64,000 nucleotides of DNA from Candidatus Undinarchaeales archaeon. Lineage in GTDB: Archaea > Undinarchaeota > Undinarchaeia > Undinarchaeales > JALTGF01. The notes under the pieces are model-generated. The model searched no databases and was not told where the DNA came from. It was given only the letters and a program-made list of their open reading frames with translations. Numbering within the stretch: the stretch's first letter is position 1; every line of letters begins with the position of its first letter. Positions 38,788 to 50,100 of the stretch are shown here, piece by piece. Location: positions 23,323-87,322 of the forward strand of contig JAWOEA010000004.1 of assembly GCA_046483005.1 (NCBI GenBank), written 5' to 3'. The position numbers and the translations under genes were made by a program.

Positions 38788-39804
38788 TTAAACTACAATT
38801 TTTCCGTCTTTCAGTATAGTTTTTTCTTCGTCTTCTTTAGAAACTACAATCGTTGGGTTTTTGCAGATTACGTCCTGATGGGTTTTGGACTCGTTTTTAC
38901 CATCATACTCATTGTTTTTCCCTGTTGCTATATGACATGTTTTGAACGCTTTTTCTGCTATTGCCATTTCATCTACTATGTCTGCTTTTGAATTTATTCC
39001 AATGCCGAGCTCGCCGATTATTTTGGCCCATTTGTCGGTTTCCAGACTGTCGATATAATTTTTACAAACCTTGGAACTGTTTCCTTTGATATCTACTATT
39101 TTTCCTTTCTTAAAAGTAAGCACTATTGGTTTCTTGATAACCCCGAAACCAGTGGAACCGTCTATTATAAATTTACCTGAACCATACGTTTCAATCGGAC
39201 AGATGAACACTTCTCCACTTGGGACATTTTTAAAATCGCCTTGTTCTACTCTTCCAATAGATTCTATTGCTTTTCGGCCTTTTATCTTTAATTTTAAATC
39301 AGTTCCTTTTTTGGAAGTAATATGTGCATAGTCAGCCCAGTTTAATGTTTTCATAAGTGGCTCTGCTCTTTTATGCATATCTGTTAGCGGTTCAGATAAA
39401 ACAGAAAGATATTTTTTCTTGAAACCTGGCATATGTCCTACTCTAAATGGATTTGGGTCTGCCAGGAGGTTTTTTAGAATTAATTCTACTCTGAAAGGAG
39501 TTTCATCCCCTCCTATTTCTTCAGGGTTTGTTTGAAAAACGGTGAAGGCTGCTGCTTTATCTGTTCTGCCTTTAATTAAGTCAATTAAGGATTTTAAATT
39601 TTCAGGGACTTTTTTAAGAGGTCGGTCTTCTTTAGGTAGAAAGAATAAATGAGGATTTGCTGAAATTTTTTCGCTTGCGCTTTCCAATGCCTTTGCAATA
39701 TCTTTACTTTTTTCGTCAGTAATTATTAAAACATCTTGTCCTTTCTTTATATTAAGACATTGTTTTACCGCAACATCTGCTCCTTTTTTTAAACTAGTAT
39801 TCAT
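38788..39804 (-). CDS. Aminopeptidase (M29/thermophilic metalloprotease-like)
   Basis: NVPSGEVF, GELGIGIN, EK...TCHIATG, THQD. Confidence 0.9.
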   Translation of the reverse strand: MNTSLKKGADVAVKQCLNIKKGQDVLIITDEKSKDIAKALESASEKISANPHLFFLPKEDRPLKKVPENLKSLIDLIKGRTDKAAAFTVFQTNPEEIGGDETPFRVELILKNLLADPNPFRVGHMPGFKKKYLSVLSEPLTDMHKRAEPLMKTLNWADYAHITSKKGTDLKLKIKGRKAIESIGRVEQGDFKNVPSGEVFICPIETYGSGKFIIDGSTGFGVIKKPIVLTFKKGKIVDIKGNSSKVCKNYIDSLETDKWAKIIGELGIGINSKADIVDEMAIAEKAFKTCHIATGKNNEYDGKNESKTHQDVICKNPTIVVSKEDEEKTILKDGKIVV

Positions 39805-39838
39805 AACACATATATTCTTGGTACAATATTTATATTCT

Positions 39839-42088
39839 ATGGAAAGTGTAAACCACAAATACCTTAAAGACGGAGCAATTGAATCTCGGATATATCAGGA
39901 GACTATTCTGGGGACTGCTTTGAAGAAGAATACTTTAGTGGTCTTGCCTACCGGTCTTGGAAAGACATTTGTTGCTGCAATGCTTGCAGCCAAAAGAGTT
40001 GAGGAAAATCCGAGATATAAGGTTCTGTTTCTGGCTCCGACTAAACCATTGGTTGTCCAGCACTGCGAAACATGGAAAGATGTTTTTGAAATTGAAAACG
40101 ATGAATTTCAGGTATTTACAGGAGAAACACCTCCTAAGAAAAGAGAAAAAACATACAAAGACCCGCAATTTATTTTTGCAACCCCTCAGGTTATTCAGAA
40201 TGACATACTTGCAGACAGGTATCCTTTAGATGAAACTTCTCTTCTAATTGTTGATGAAGCTCATCGGGCTTCTGGAAATTATCCTTATGGATTTATTGCC
40301 AAAAAATTTGTTGAGCAGGCAACTGAGCCGAGAATTCTTGGTTTGACTGCTTCGCCTGGTTCAAGTAAAGGAGATATTGAAAGAGTCTGCAACGAACTCT
40401 ATATTGAAGATATTGAAAGCAGGAGCAGAGAAAATGAAGAAGTTAAGAAATATATCAAGAAAAGAGAATTTAACTGGGTAAAAGTTGAGCTTCCAAAAGA
40501 CTTTGTCAGAATTAAATCGCTTCTTGAAGCAGTTATGAAGGATCATCTGAGATTTTTGAAGCAGGGAGAGATTATTAAAAGCTCTGCCATTGGAAAAATT
40601 AGAAAGAAAAAAATGCTGAAGCTTCAGTCTGAGCTGGTTAGGAAAGCCCAAAATAATTCTGATTTTTATAAATACATAAGTGCGGTTGCTGCTGTTTTGA
40701 AAATACATCATGCTTTGGAGCTTCTTGAAACGCAGGGAGTTAAACCACTCTGTAAATATTTCAAAAAACTGGACAGAGATAAAAGCAAGGCAGCAGGTAA
40801 TATTTTAAACAATCATGATTTCGGTAAAGCCAGAAGGATTGCTGAAACTTTAAAAGAAAAGAAAATTGAGCATCCGAAGGTAGATAAAATGCTTGAGCTT
40901 GTTGAATCTGTAGACAGAGCGATTGTTTTTGCTAACTACAGGTCTTCTGTTGATACTATAATTAAGAGATTAGAAAAGGCAGGAATTAAGGCCATTCGTC
41001 TGGTCGGGCAGGCGAAGGGAGGTGAAGACGGTTTGACACAGAAAGAACAGGTTAAAAGATTGGATGATTTTAGAAACGGAAAATATGACGTTCTTGTTGC
41101 AACCAGTATTGGAGAAGAGGGGCTGGACATTCCGGAAGTTGATTTGGTCGTATTTTATGAGCCCGTTCCTTCTGCAATTAGAAGTATTCAGAGGGCAGGA
41201 AGAACAGCAAGGCACAGTCCTGGAGCTGTTAAAGTTTTAATGACAAAAGGTACCAGAGACGAGGCTTATTACTGGGCTTCTTTTTACAGAGAAAGAAACA
41301 TGGAAAAGGCGTTGAAAAAAATTAATCTAGGTAAGGTTCAGAGAACTTTGGATAAATTTTCAGGAAATAAAAAGAAGAAGAGTAAAAAGGAAAAAAATAA
41401 AGATAACTCAAAAGAAAGTGCATTTGAGAAAAAAGACAAAGATGAAAAATTAGTTGTTTTTGCAGATACTAGAGAATCCGGATCCGGTATTTTAAGGGAG
41501 CTTAATGAGAATGGACTTGAAATTAGGATTAAGCAGCTTGATGTTGCTGATTTTCAAATTTCTGACAGAGTGGCAGTTGAAAGAAAAACTACAAGAGATT
41601 TTGTTAAATCTTTGGTTGACGGCAGGCTGTTTAAACAGGCCCCTAGCTTTTCTGAAATGTTTGAGAAACCGTTGATTATTGTTGAAGGAGAGGAACTTTA
41701 CAATCATGGAAAAATACACCCAAATTCAATCCGGGGAGCCCTTTCGTCCCTTGTTTTGGATTTTGGCCTTCCTATAATTTATACAAAAGATATGAAGGAA
41801 ACTGCCTCGTTTATTGAACTTTTGGCGAAAAGGGAGCAGTTGGATGAGAAAAGAGAAGTTGTTTTAAGGAGCGGCAAGCGGCCCAAAACAAAAGAGGAGA
41901 TGAAGCAATATATTGTTGAATCACTACCGAATGTTGGTCCTAGGATGGCTAAAAAATTATTGAAAAATTTTGGATCAGTAAAGGAAATATTTAATGCTTC
42001 TGAAACTCAGCTGAAAAAAATAGATAATGTAGGAGATAAAAAAGCAGGGAGAATTAAAAAAGTTATTGAGGAAAAATATGAAGAATAA
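39839..42088 (+). CDS. hef: Hef helicase/nuclease (SF2 DEAH + ERCC4 + HhH)
   Basis: PTGLGKT, DEAH, TAS, QRAGRTAR, VERKT, HhH motifs. Confidence 0.96.
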   Translation: MESVNHKYLKDGAIESRIYQETILGTALKKNTLVVLPTGLGKTFVAAMLAAKRVEENPRYKVLFLAPTKPLVVQHCETWKDVFEIENDEFQVFTGETPPKKREKTYKDPQFIFATPQVIQNDILADRYPLDETSLLIVDEAHRASGNYPYGFIAKKFVEQATEPRILGLTASPGSSKGDIERVCNELYIEDIESRSRENEEVKKYIKKREFNWVKVELPKDFVRIKSLLEAVMKDHLRFLKQGEIIKSSAIGKIRKKKMLKLQSELVRKAQNNSDFYKYISAVAAVLKIHHALELLETQGVKPLCKYFKKLDRDKSKAAGNILNNHDFGKARRIAETLKEKKIEHPKVDKMLELVESVDRAIVFANYRSSVDTIIKRLEKAGIKAIRLVGQAKGGEDGLTQKEQVKRLDDFRNGKYDVLVATSIGEEGLDIPEVDLVVFYEPVPSAIRSIQRAGRTARHSPGAVKVLMTKGTRDEAYYWASFYRERNMEKALKKINLGKVQRTLDKFSGNKKKKSKKEKNKDNSKESAFEKKDKDEKLVVFADTRESGSGILRELNENGLEIRIKQLDVADFQISDRVAVERKTTRDFVKSLVDGRLFKQAPSFSEMFEKPLIIVEGEELYNHGKIHPNSIRGALSSLVLDFGLPIIYTKDMKETASFIELLAKREQLDEKREVVLRSGKRPKTKEEMKQYIVESLPNVGPRMAKKLLKNFGSVKEIFNASETQLKKIDNVGDKKAGRIKKVIEEKYEE

Positions 42089-42857
42089 AACATTTTATGA
42101 TTTAGTCAGGACACCGGGAACCCTTTCAAAGGTAATTCTTTCAATGCCATTAAAAAAAATTATTGAAAAGGGAGTATGGTATGGAAGGTGTGTGTTTGAA
42201 AGTATTGCAAGAATGGAACTCGCAGTATCTTTTCATTTAGAAAATGAAAAAGGTGAGAGTGGACTTCTTTCCTCCAGTGGTAAAGGCGCCTGGAGTCTTG
42301 AAGTTGTGAAGGATGGAAAAAGCCCTATAAGCGATACTTCTCCTATTTGCTGCGTTTATAATGAAAAATTAAAAAAATTGATTAGAAAACCTATTGATAA
42401 CCATGTGTTTTCAAGTAGTGAAATTAAAGAGTTTGTTAAAGAATATGGAACAAAAATAAATAAAATTAAAATTCCCAGAAAAAAGATAGATTATATTTGT
42501 AAAGAAAAAGGAATTGATTTTTCAAGAGAAATAAAAGGATATCCGATTGGCGCCCGACGGGATTTTTTTAAAAATAAAGGCAAAGAGAAAACATTCAATG
42601 AATATATGTTTACTCTTGCTGCTTTAGAGAATCTTGTAGAAGTTGATAATGAATATGGAATCAGAGGGTATTTTATGGATAAAAATAGAAGCGTTGGAAT
42701 AATTAAAAGAATTCCTCCAAAGCTTGTAGAAGCAGTTGCAAAAAGAGAATATACTGAACAGGAAGATAAGCTAATTGAAGAGTATGAAAAGAGATTAGAT
42801 ATTGGTTTTTATGAATTTGATGAAAATAAAAATGAATTTGTTTTGAAAAATAGTTAG
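42078..42857 (+). CDS. Hypothetical protein
   Basis: 259-aa ORF overlapping the hef stop. No motif recognised. Confidence 0.65.
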   Translation: MKNKTFYDLVRTPGTLSKVILSMPLKKIIEKGVWYGRCVFESIARMELAVSFHLENEKGESGLLSSSGKGAWSLEVVKDGKSPISDTSPICCVYNEKLKKLIRKPIDNHVFSSSEIKEFVKEYGTKINKIKIPRKKIDYICKEKGIDFSREIKGYPIGARRDFFKNKGKEKTFNEYMFTLAALENLVEVDNEYGIRGYFMDKNRSVGIIKRIPPKLVEAVAKREYTEQEDKLIEEYEKRLDIGFYEFDENKNEFVLKNS

Positions 42858-43270
42858 CTGACCAAAACCTCTTTTCTGAAACTTGTAAAATCCTCATAAA
42901 TTTTATCAAGCTGCTTAATTGCCTGTTCTTTTAATTTACCAGGAACTACTCCTGAAGGGAGGACTTCCCATTTTACTAAACTTGGAGGAGGTTCATCTGC
43001 TTTCATTGAGAGTTCTATTAAAACTTCATAGGTAAACCAGGCCTCATTAATAAAATCTCTTGCATCTGCAGTAATTTGTTTTGCTTTATTTGGATGTTCT
43101 CTTGCTTCTCTTATATACATATTTTCAAAATTAGAAATCCATTGTTTAAGCTCTGCTGCTTGTTGATGAATTACTGTGGCATCAACTGCTCCGGTTGTTG
43201 GGTCGATTGCAGATTTACATACTCTCCGTATAGATCTTAGTTTTGATTCGAGTTCTCTTATTAGTGCCAT
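42854..43270 (-). CDS. Hypothetical helical protein
   Basis: 138-aa ORF with ATG start and amphipathic helices. Confidence 0.7.
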   Translation of the reverse strand: MALIRELESKLRSIRRVCKSAIDPTTGAVDATVIHQQAAELKQWISNFENMYIREAREHPNKAKQITADARDFINEAWFTYEVLIELSMKADEPPPSLVKWEVLPSGVVPGKLKEQAIKQLDKIYEDFTSFRKEVLVS

Positions 43271-43383
43271 ACTGAAAGAGTGGTTTCTAAAATACTTAAA
43301 AGTGTTGGTTCAGGTTGACAAGGTATTTAAAGTGTAGTTAATTATTATCCATATAGATAAAAATTAAGGTAAATTTTGATAAA

Positions 43384-43917
43384 ATGGGAAGAGGGAGACC
43401 GCCAAACAGTCCAGTAAGAGACAGGATGCAGATGATTGTAGATGCACTTGGGGTTACTTATGGTTATGAAATTCATAAGGCATATGAAGAAATTTTTGAA
43501 CCAATTGAATTGAGGTCAATGTATTATCATTTAAAAAAGGGAGTTGAATTGAACCAGTTTGAAGAAGTTGGTGTTGAAAAAGTTAAAGGTCCATTTACAT
43601 GGGGGGATGTTAGTATAAGAAAATATTATATTTTAGGACCGGAAGCTGAAAAAAGAGCAACTGCAGAAGTCCAAAAAGTAATTGAAAATGGTGATTTTGA
43701 AAGAAAGGAACCAAAAGATTTTGTTTCATGGGATAAAGTTATAAATGATTATAAAGAGAAATTAGAAAAAGAGATTAAAAAGAAAATGAAAGACAGCGAT
43801 GCAAAAGATTTACTAGACAACATTGATAAACTCCTTTCCTGGCTGGAAGTAAACTCTGACGAAGATGTAGAGAGTATTAAAAAGATCAGGAAAAAAGTAG
43901 AGAAAATACTTGAATGA
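43384..43917 (+). CDS. Origin-adjacent PadR-like winged-helix protein
   Basis: GRGRP hook, YGYEI, RSMYYHLKKG, RKYYIL wing, helical C-terminus. Confidence 0.8.
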   Translation: MGRGRPPNSPVRDRMQMIVDALGVTYGYEIHKAYEEIFEPIELRSMYYHLKKGVELNQFEEVGVEKVKGPFTWGDVSIRKYYILGPEAEKRATAEVQKVIENGDFERKEPKDFVSWDKVINDYKEKLEKEIKKKMKDSDAKDLLDNIDKLLSWLEVNSDEDVESIKKIRKKVEKILE

Positions 43918-43944
43918 AGATTCAGAAACTAGTGAAACCCTCTG

Positions 43945-44450
43945 AGCCCTTTATTTCTATTGGAGATTAGAAAAATTGTCTCCATTTCCGAAAACTTTTG
44001 GAAAAATTTGAACTTTCTGAAATGAAAATATTGGATTTTTAGGTTTTTATGAAAAATCTCCACTTGAAATAATGGTGTGTTTTTAATATTTGTGAGGCGC
44101 AGGTTTTTGGTTTAGTTAGTTTTAGTAATACTATTTATTATTATTTATTATTATCTTTATGGAAAATATTTATTTATTATTTATTATCCATATAGAAAAT
44201 ATTTCACTTACAAACAAAACAACACACCCCTTTATTTCCCGTGGAGAACCCCTTTATTTCCTGTAGAGCTAAAAAGAAAGCCATTTTGGGCTTTAAATTC
44301 AAAATAAATAAATTTTTTAAAGTTTTTTACCAAACGAAACAGAATTTTGGACCTTTTAGACTCTCTCAACAAGACTCTAAAAGAAGAAAAAGCGCCCTTT
44401 TCCCAAACAAAGCCATCAAATCTATTTGTTCCACCTGAAATGAAGGGGGT
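43945..44450. promoter_or_regulatory. Chromosomal replication origin (oriC): five ORB boxes around an AT-rich DUE
   Basis: ORBs of the form YTCCAnnnGAAATRAAGGGGT, with mismatches, at 43945-43965(-), 44058-44078(+), 44226-44246(-), 44248-44268(-), 44428-44450(+). TTA-rich tract about 44120-44200 between inverted ORBs. Directly upstream of cdc6. Confidence 0.92.
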
Positions 44451-44558
44451 GTGGGTTCCAAAAGTACTTATTTTGACAAATAAATATATAAACCAGTATT
44501 TCCTATGCAAAAAAGCAGTTAAAAAGTTGATCTTTTTTCTGCAGTGGGGTAAAAATTA

Positions 44559-45752
44559 ATGGCACAAAAGAAATTAGATGATCTATTCGACAACTTCCTA
44601 AATAAACAATCTCTTTTTAAGAATAAAAGGACTCTACAAGATGTTTATACACCTGAAACAGTTCCTCACCGCGAAGATCAAATTAAACAACTTGCTTCTA
44701 TACTCGTTTCAGCTTTAAGGGGTGAAAAACCTTCAAATGTTTTCGTTTATGGTAAAACCGGAACTGGTAAAACACTAGTTTCAAAATATGTAGCCAAAGA
44801 GCTTGAAACTCGTTCAAAAAGAGAACAAAGAAAACTTAAAGCAAGCTACCTTAATTGCAAAATGGAGAAAGTAAATACTTCATATCGACTGCTTGCTCAT
44901 TTTATTAATGAATTAGGTGAAGATGTCCCTGCAACCGGACTTCCTACAGACCAGGTTTATAAAAAATTCCTTAAAACAATTGATTCCGAAGGAGGGGTCC
45001 ATATTTTAATACTCGATGAGATAGAATCCCTTACTGATTCAAATATTCTCTATGATTTAACAAGAATCAACACTGAATTAGAAAATGCAACAATTACTAT
45101 TGTAGGGATTACAAATGATTTGTCTTTTACTGATGATCTAGATTCAAGAATAAAATCAAGTTTGTCAGAAGAGGAACTTGTTTTCCCTCCATATAATGCA
45201 ATACAACTTCAAGATATTCTTTCTCAGAGAGCAAACACTGCATTAGAAAACGGATGTCTGGAATCTGGAACAATTGAAAAATGTGCTGCACTTGCAGCTT
45301 TGGAACACGGTGATGCTAGAAGAGCTCTTGATTTGTTAAGAGTTGCCTGTGAACTTGCAGAACGGGAGAGTGAAGATTCAGTGACAATCAGGCATGTTGA
45401 GCTGGCACAAAAGAAACTTGATATTGATCGGATTGTTGAAGTGGTCAAAACTCTGCCTAAGCAATCTCAAATTGTTTTAAACAGTATAATTTATTTAAAA
45501 GACCTGAATAAAGAAGAAGTAGCAACAGGAGATGTATTTGAAGTTTATAAAAATTTCTGCAAACAACTTGGAAACTCACCTTTAACTCAAAGAAGAGTAT
45601 CTGATTTAATTTCTGAACTAGATATGCTTGGTTTAATCAACGCGACAATTATTTCAAAAGGAAGGTATGGAAGAACGAGAAAAATAAAGCTGGATATGTC
45701 TGAAAAAGCACTGGAAGACAGCAAGGAAATTCTTAAACAGGAATTATTATGA
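44559..45752 (+). CDS. cdc6: Orc1/Cdc6 replication initiator
   Basis: PHRE, GKTGTGKT, LDE, GDARRALDLL, C-terminal wHTH with GRYGRT. Confidence 0.98.
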   Translation: MAQKKLDDLFDNFLNKQSLFKNKRTLQDVYTPETVPHREDQIKQLASILVSALRGEKPSNVFVYGKTGTGKTLVSKYVAKELETRSKREQRKLKASYLNCKMEKVNTSYRLLAHFINELGEDVPATGLPTDQVYKKFLKTIDSEGGVHILILDEIESLTDSNILYDLTRINTELENATITIVGITNDLSFTDDLDSRIKSSLSEEELVFPPYNAIQLQDILSQRANTALENGCLESGTIEKCAALAALEHGDARRALDLLRVACELAERESEDSVTIRHVELAQKKLDIDRIVEVVKTLPKQSQIVLNSIIYLKDLNKEEVATGDVFEVYKNFCKQLGNSPLTQRRVSDLISELDMLGLINATIISKGRYGRTRKIKLDMSEKALEDSKEILKQELL

Positions 45753-47173
45753 CAGAAAATACCGCTCCAAAAATAATGAATCTTTTTTTGGAGAATAACA
45801 TTCAACTCTCCAGAGATGCTTTAGATGAAATTCTCAAAAACGAAGAGCCTTTTTCTTATTCAGAAGATTTACTTAAAACATCAAAAAGAGAGGGCAGGCT
45901 GTTCATTAATCTTGAACAATTAAAAAAAGGAATAATTAAACCAGTAATTGAAGTAATAAAAAATTTCGATCAAACATATAAAATTTCTGACGTTCAGGAT
46001 ATGTCTGCATATTTCCAAGCAAGACTCAATTATTTTAAGAACAATCTTCAAAAACGCCTGCAATCAGTTGTTTCAATAAACAATGCAAAAAGAGCAGGCA
46101 GGGAAGAAATAAGTTTAATTGCAATTGTTTCCGGGAAAAGAACCACGAAAAGTGGAAATGTGATGTTTAGTCTTGAAGACTTTTCAGGAGAAATGAGAGC
46201 AATTGCAACAAAAGAGAAGCTAATTAAGGAAGCCGATAAAATTGTAAATGATGATGTTTTGGGGTTTACAGGGAACATGAGTAATGGTATATTCTTCATA
46301 AATGAGTTTACATGGCCAGATATGCCTATCCATAATAATCAAAAAACCAAAGGAGATGATGCAACTGCAGCATTTATTTCTGATGTTCATATTGGAAGCA
46401 GGGAATTTGAGGCTAAAAAATTTCAGAAAATGATTGACTGGATCAACGGCGATCTAGATTCTCATACAGAGCTTCACCCACATCTTTCTGAAAAGCTCAA
46501 ATATATTTTCATAGCCGGAGATCTTGTTGACGGTGTTGGCGTTTATCCAGGACAGGAAGACGATCTTATAATTAAAGATATTTATAAACAATATAAAGAA
46601 GCAGCGAAAATTTTAGAGCAAATTCCTGAAAGAATAAAAATAGTGATTTCTCCAGGAAACCACGACTATGTGCGGTTAGCCCAGCCTCAGCCTCCTGTGT
46701 CAAAAGAAACAGCTCCGGATTTGTATGACCTGCCGAATGTTGATATGATAAGCAACCCTGGATTGATTAAGGCAGGAAGTGGTTCTGAGAGCACTAACAT
46801 TTTAATTTATCATGGGACCAGCATAGATAAAATGGTAATGTCTGATCCAAATTTGAAGGACGGCTACAAAAAACCCGGAAAAGTAATGGCGGCATTAATG
46901 AAAAGAAGACACTTATGTCCTCTTTTTGAAGGCGATATAATGCCTCAGCCAAACCACGGCGACCCTTTAGTAATTCCTGAAGATATTGATGTCCTTCACA
47001 TGGGCCACGTCCATTCAAATGATATTGTAGATTACCGCGGAGTTACTTTAATTAATAGTGGGACCTGGCAGGCTAAAACAAGTTTTCAGGAATTTTTAGG
47101 ACATGAACCGACGCCAGCAAGACTACCTCTTTTAAATTTAAAAACAAACCAAATTACTTTAACACAATTCTAA
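45749..47173 (+). CDS. DNA polymerase D small subunit DP1
   Basis: OB fold, SDVHIG, GDLVDG, PGNHD, HG, GHVH, NSGTWQ. Confidence 0.96.
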   Translation: MTENTAPKIMNLFLENNIQLSRDALDEILKNEEPFSYSEDLLKTSKREGRLFINLEQLKKGIIKPVIEVIKNFDQTYKISDVQDMSAYFQARLNYFKNNLQKRLQSVVSINNAKRAGREEISLIAIVSGKRTTKSGNVMFSLEDFSGEMRAIATKEKLIKEADKIVNDDVLGFTGNMSNGIFFINEFTWPDMPIHNNQKTKGDDATAAFISDVHIGSREFEAKKFQKMIDWINGDLDSHTELHPHLSEKLKYIFIAGDLVDGVGVYPGQEDDLIIKDIYKQYKEAAKILEQIPERIKIVISPGNHDYVRLAQPQPPVSKETAPDLYDLPNVDMISNPGLIKAGSGSESTNILIYHGTSIDKMVMSDPNLKDGYKKPGKVMAALMKRRHLCPLFEGDIMPQPNHGDPLVIPEDIDVLHMGHVHSNDIVDYRGVTLINSGTWQAKTSFQEFLGHEPTPARLPLLNLKTNQITLTQF

Positions 47174-50100
47174 TGGAACAAAAAGAATATCTCAAAACAC
47201 TGGAAGATGGGGTAAATAAAGAATACAATATCGCTTCGGACGCAAGAAAGCAGGGAGTTGATCCTGCGAAAGAACCGGAAATATATATTGCAAAAGACCT
47301 TGCAGATAAGGTAGAGGGTCTTATTGAATTTAAAGGACTTGCAGATATTGTCAGAAAACTACAGGAAGAAGTTAATACTGAAGAAGAAGTCGCCTTTAAA
47401 TTAGTTGATGAGGTAATTAAAAGAATAGACGACAGAGAAGAGGCAGCGGATTTAGCTGTAAGGGCTGCTCTTGCATTTCTAACACAAGGGGCGGTTGCAG
47501 CTCCTTTGGAAGGAATTGCAAAAATTAAAATTTTAAAAAATCCAGATAATTCCGAATATTTGGCAATTTACTACGCCGGACCTATCAGGGCGGCGGGAGG
47601 GACCGCAGAAGCTATCTCAGTAGTGGTTGCAGATTATGTCCATAAAGCATTAGGCTTAGACAGATACAAACCAAATCAAAAAGAAATAGGAAGATATGCA
47701 GAAGAAATACGATGGTATCACCGGAGAAAAAGACTACAATACCGGCCAAAAGAAGAGGAGGTCAAAACAATAATCAAAAATGTTCCAGTATGCGTTGACG
47801 GAGACCCAACTGAACCCTATGAAGTTTCAACTTACCGGAATTTAGGCAGAGTAAAAACAAACAGAGTTCGGGGAGGAATGTGTCTTGTTGTTGCAGAAGG
47901 TCTTGCTCAAAAGGCACCTAAATTATTGAAAAGATTAAAACCCATCCAGGAAAAGTACGGCCTTGACTGGTCATGGCTCGAAGGGCTTCTAGTAAAAAGA
48001 AAAACAGATGAAAGTAAAAAAGAAAAGGAAAAAATTTCAAATATTTTTGAAAAAGAGATACCTGAAGAATTCAAAAAAGAGTATAAAGATCACTTATTTT
48101 CAATAGATGAAATTACTGAAATTGTCCAGGAAACAAGTGCGATTGATGTCCTTGAAAACTATACTGATGAGGAACCCGAGAAAAAAGGAAGCGATAAGTT
48201 CTTAAATGAAATTCCTGCCGGCAGGCCTGTATTTTCTTACCCCGGAAGAAAAGGAGGATTTAATTTAAGATATGGAAGAACAAGAGGAAGTGGTTATGCA
48301 GCTCTCTGTTTAAATCCTGCAACTATGCATCTCTTAGATGATTTCATAGCAATAGGAACTCAAATAAGATTGGAACTTCCTGGAAAAGCAGGCATTGTAA
48401 CTCCCTGTGATACAATAAATGGTCCTACAATTCTTTTAAAAGATGGAGAGCTTTTGCAGGTTGATTCTTTAGAGGAAGCAAAAAAGTACAAAGGGAGAAT
48501 TGAGAGATTTACTAATTTAGGGGATATTTTAATCTCTGCAGGAGATTTCTTTGAGAATAATCATAAACTTCTGCCTCCTGCTTACTGCGAAGAATGGTGG
48601 GCAAAAGAAGTTAAGAAAGCTCAGAAAGATAAGAAAGCTTCAGCTAAAGAAATTTTAAATTCCTCAGATTATCTAAACGATCCTTTTAAGAAACCAGATT
48701 TTGAAAAGGCAAAAGAATTTTCAGATAAGTTTGAAGTTCCTTTACATCCTGTTTTTACTTTTCACTGGAATTATATTAGAAATTCAGATTTATTGGAACT
48801 TGCAGAGGCGCTTAAGGAAGCTGAAGTGGCTGATAATAAAATCATCCTGGAAAACAAATCCTCAATTAAGAAAATATTAGAAAAATTGTGCGTCTTCCAT
48901 AAACTAAAAGATTCAAAAATAGTTATTTCAAAGCATAAAGAACCTCTTTTATTTTCATTTGGCCGGCCTAAAGAGTGGAAAATAATAATACAAACAATAG
49001 AACAAAATAAACGGCACAAAGCATTAGACACCATTAACAAATTAGCAGAAGTCACTATAAAAGATAAGGCGCCAACTCGAATTGGTGCAAGAATGGGAAG
49101 ACCGGAGAAGGCAAAACCCAGAAAAATGACGCCTGCTCCTCATGTTCTTTTCCCAACAGGCGCTAAACAAGGCAGAGTTAGAGACTTCATGAAACTCTAT
49201 AAAGAAAAAAAGAAGGCAAAACCCTACCTTGCAAAATTTAAATGCGATAAATGCTCATCCTTCCAGTTTTTTCCCCAGTGTCCAAACTGCGGGGAAGAGA
49301 CAAAACTTCTAAATTTCTGTCCAAGGTGCAGAATTTTTTCAAGGAAGGATACCTGTGAAAAGTGCAATGCAAAAACCGTAACTTATGAACAGCAGGAAAT
49401 TGATATTAATGAATTACTGGATTCTGCCGCTGAAAAATTAGGAAGAAAGCTCCCAGACAGTATAAAAGGTATTTTGGGTATGTCCACTAAAAATAAGATT
49501 CCCGAGGCAATTGAAAAAGGGATTTTAAGGGCTGAGCAGGACCTTTATGTATTCAAGGATGGGACGATAAGACATGACAGCACCGATGCTCCTCTAACTC
49601 ATTTCAAGCCGTTTGAGATCCACACTTCTATTGAAAAACTGAAGAAATTGGGATATAATAAAGACATTTATGGAAAAAAACTTGAAAACGAGGACCAGAT
49701 TCTCGAATTAAAACCACAGGATATTTTAATAAGTGATTATGGTGAAAACTCTGCAACATCTTATCTGTTAAAAACAAGCAAATTCGTAGATAATCTCCTT
49801 GAATCTTACTATGGTCTTGAAAAATATTATAATTATGAAAATAAAAAAGACCTTGCAGGAACATTCGTAATTGCTCTTGCACCGCACACTTCTACAGGAA
49901 TTGTAGGCAGGATTATCGGCAGTACGGACGCTAAAGTCACCTTTGCCCACCCCTGCTTCCACGATGCAAAAAGAAGGGATTGCGACGGCGATGAGGATGC
50001 AGTAATGCTACTTCTTGACGCACTCCTAAATTTCTCAAAAAGTTTCCTCCCTCAAAAAAGAGGAGGTAAAATGGACGCCCCATTAGTTATAACTTCCAAG

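Noticed and set aside
44089..44097. TTTGTGAGG inside oriC matching the left-arm outer box
   Set aside because: A single occurrence is within chance expectation. Other isolated TGTGAG/CTCACA hits occur elsewhere in the window.
44184..44192. Bacterial DnaA box (TTATCCATA versus TTATCCACA)
   Set aside because: One mismatch in AT-rich DNA and an archaeal ORB/Cdc6 context. Treated only as part of the 16-bp repeat.
44232..44559. Short ORFs within the origin region
   Set aside because: They overlap ORB boxes and lack protein-like composition, so are judged spurious.
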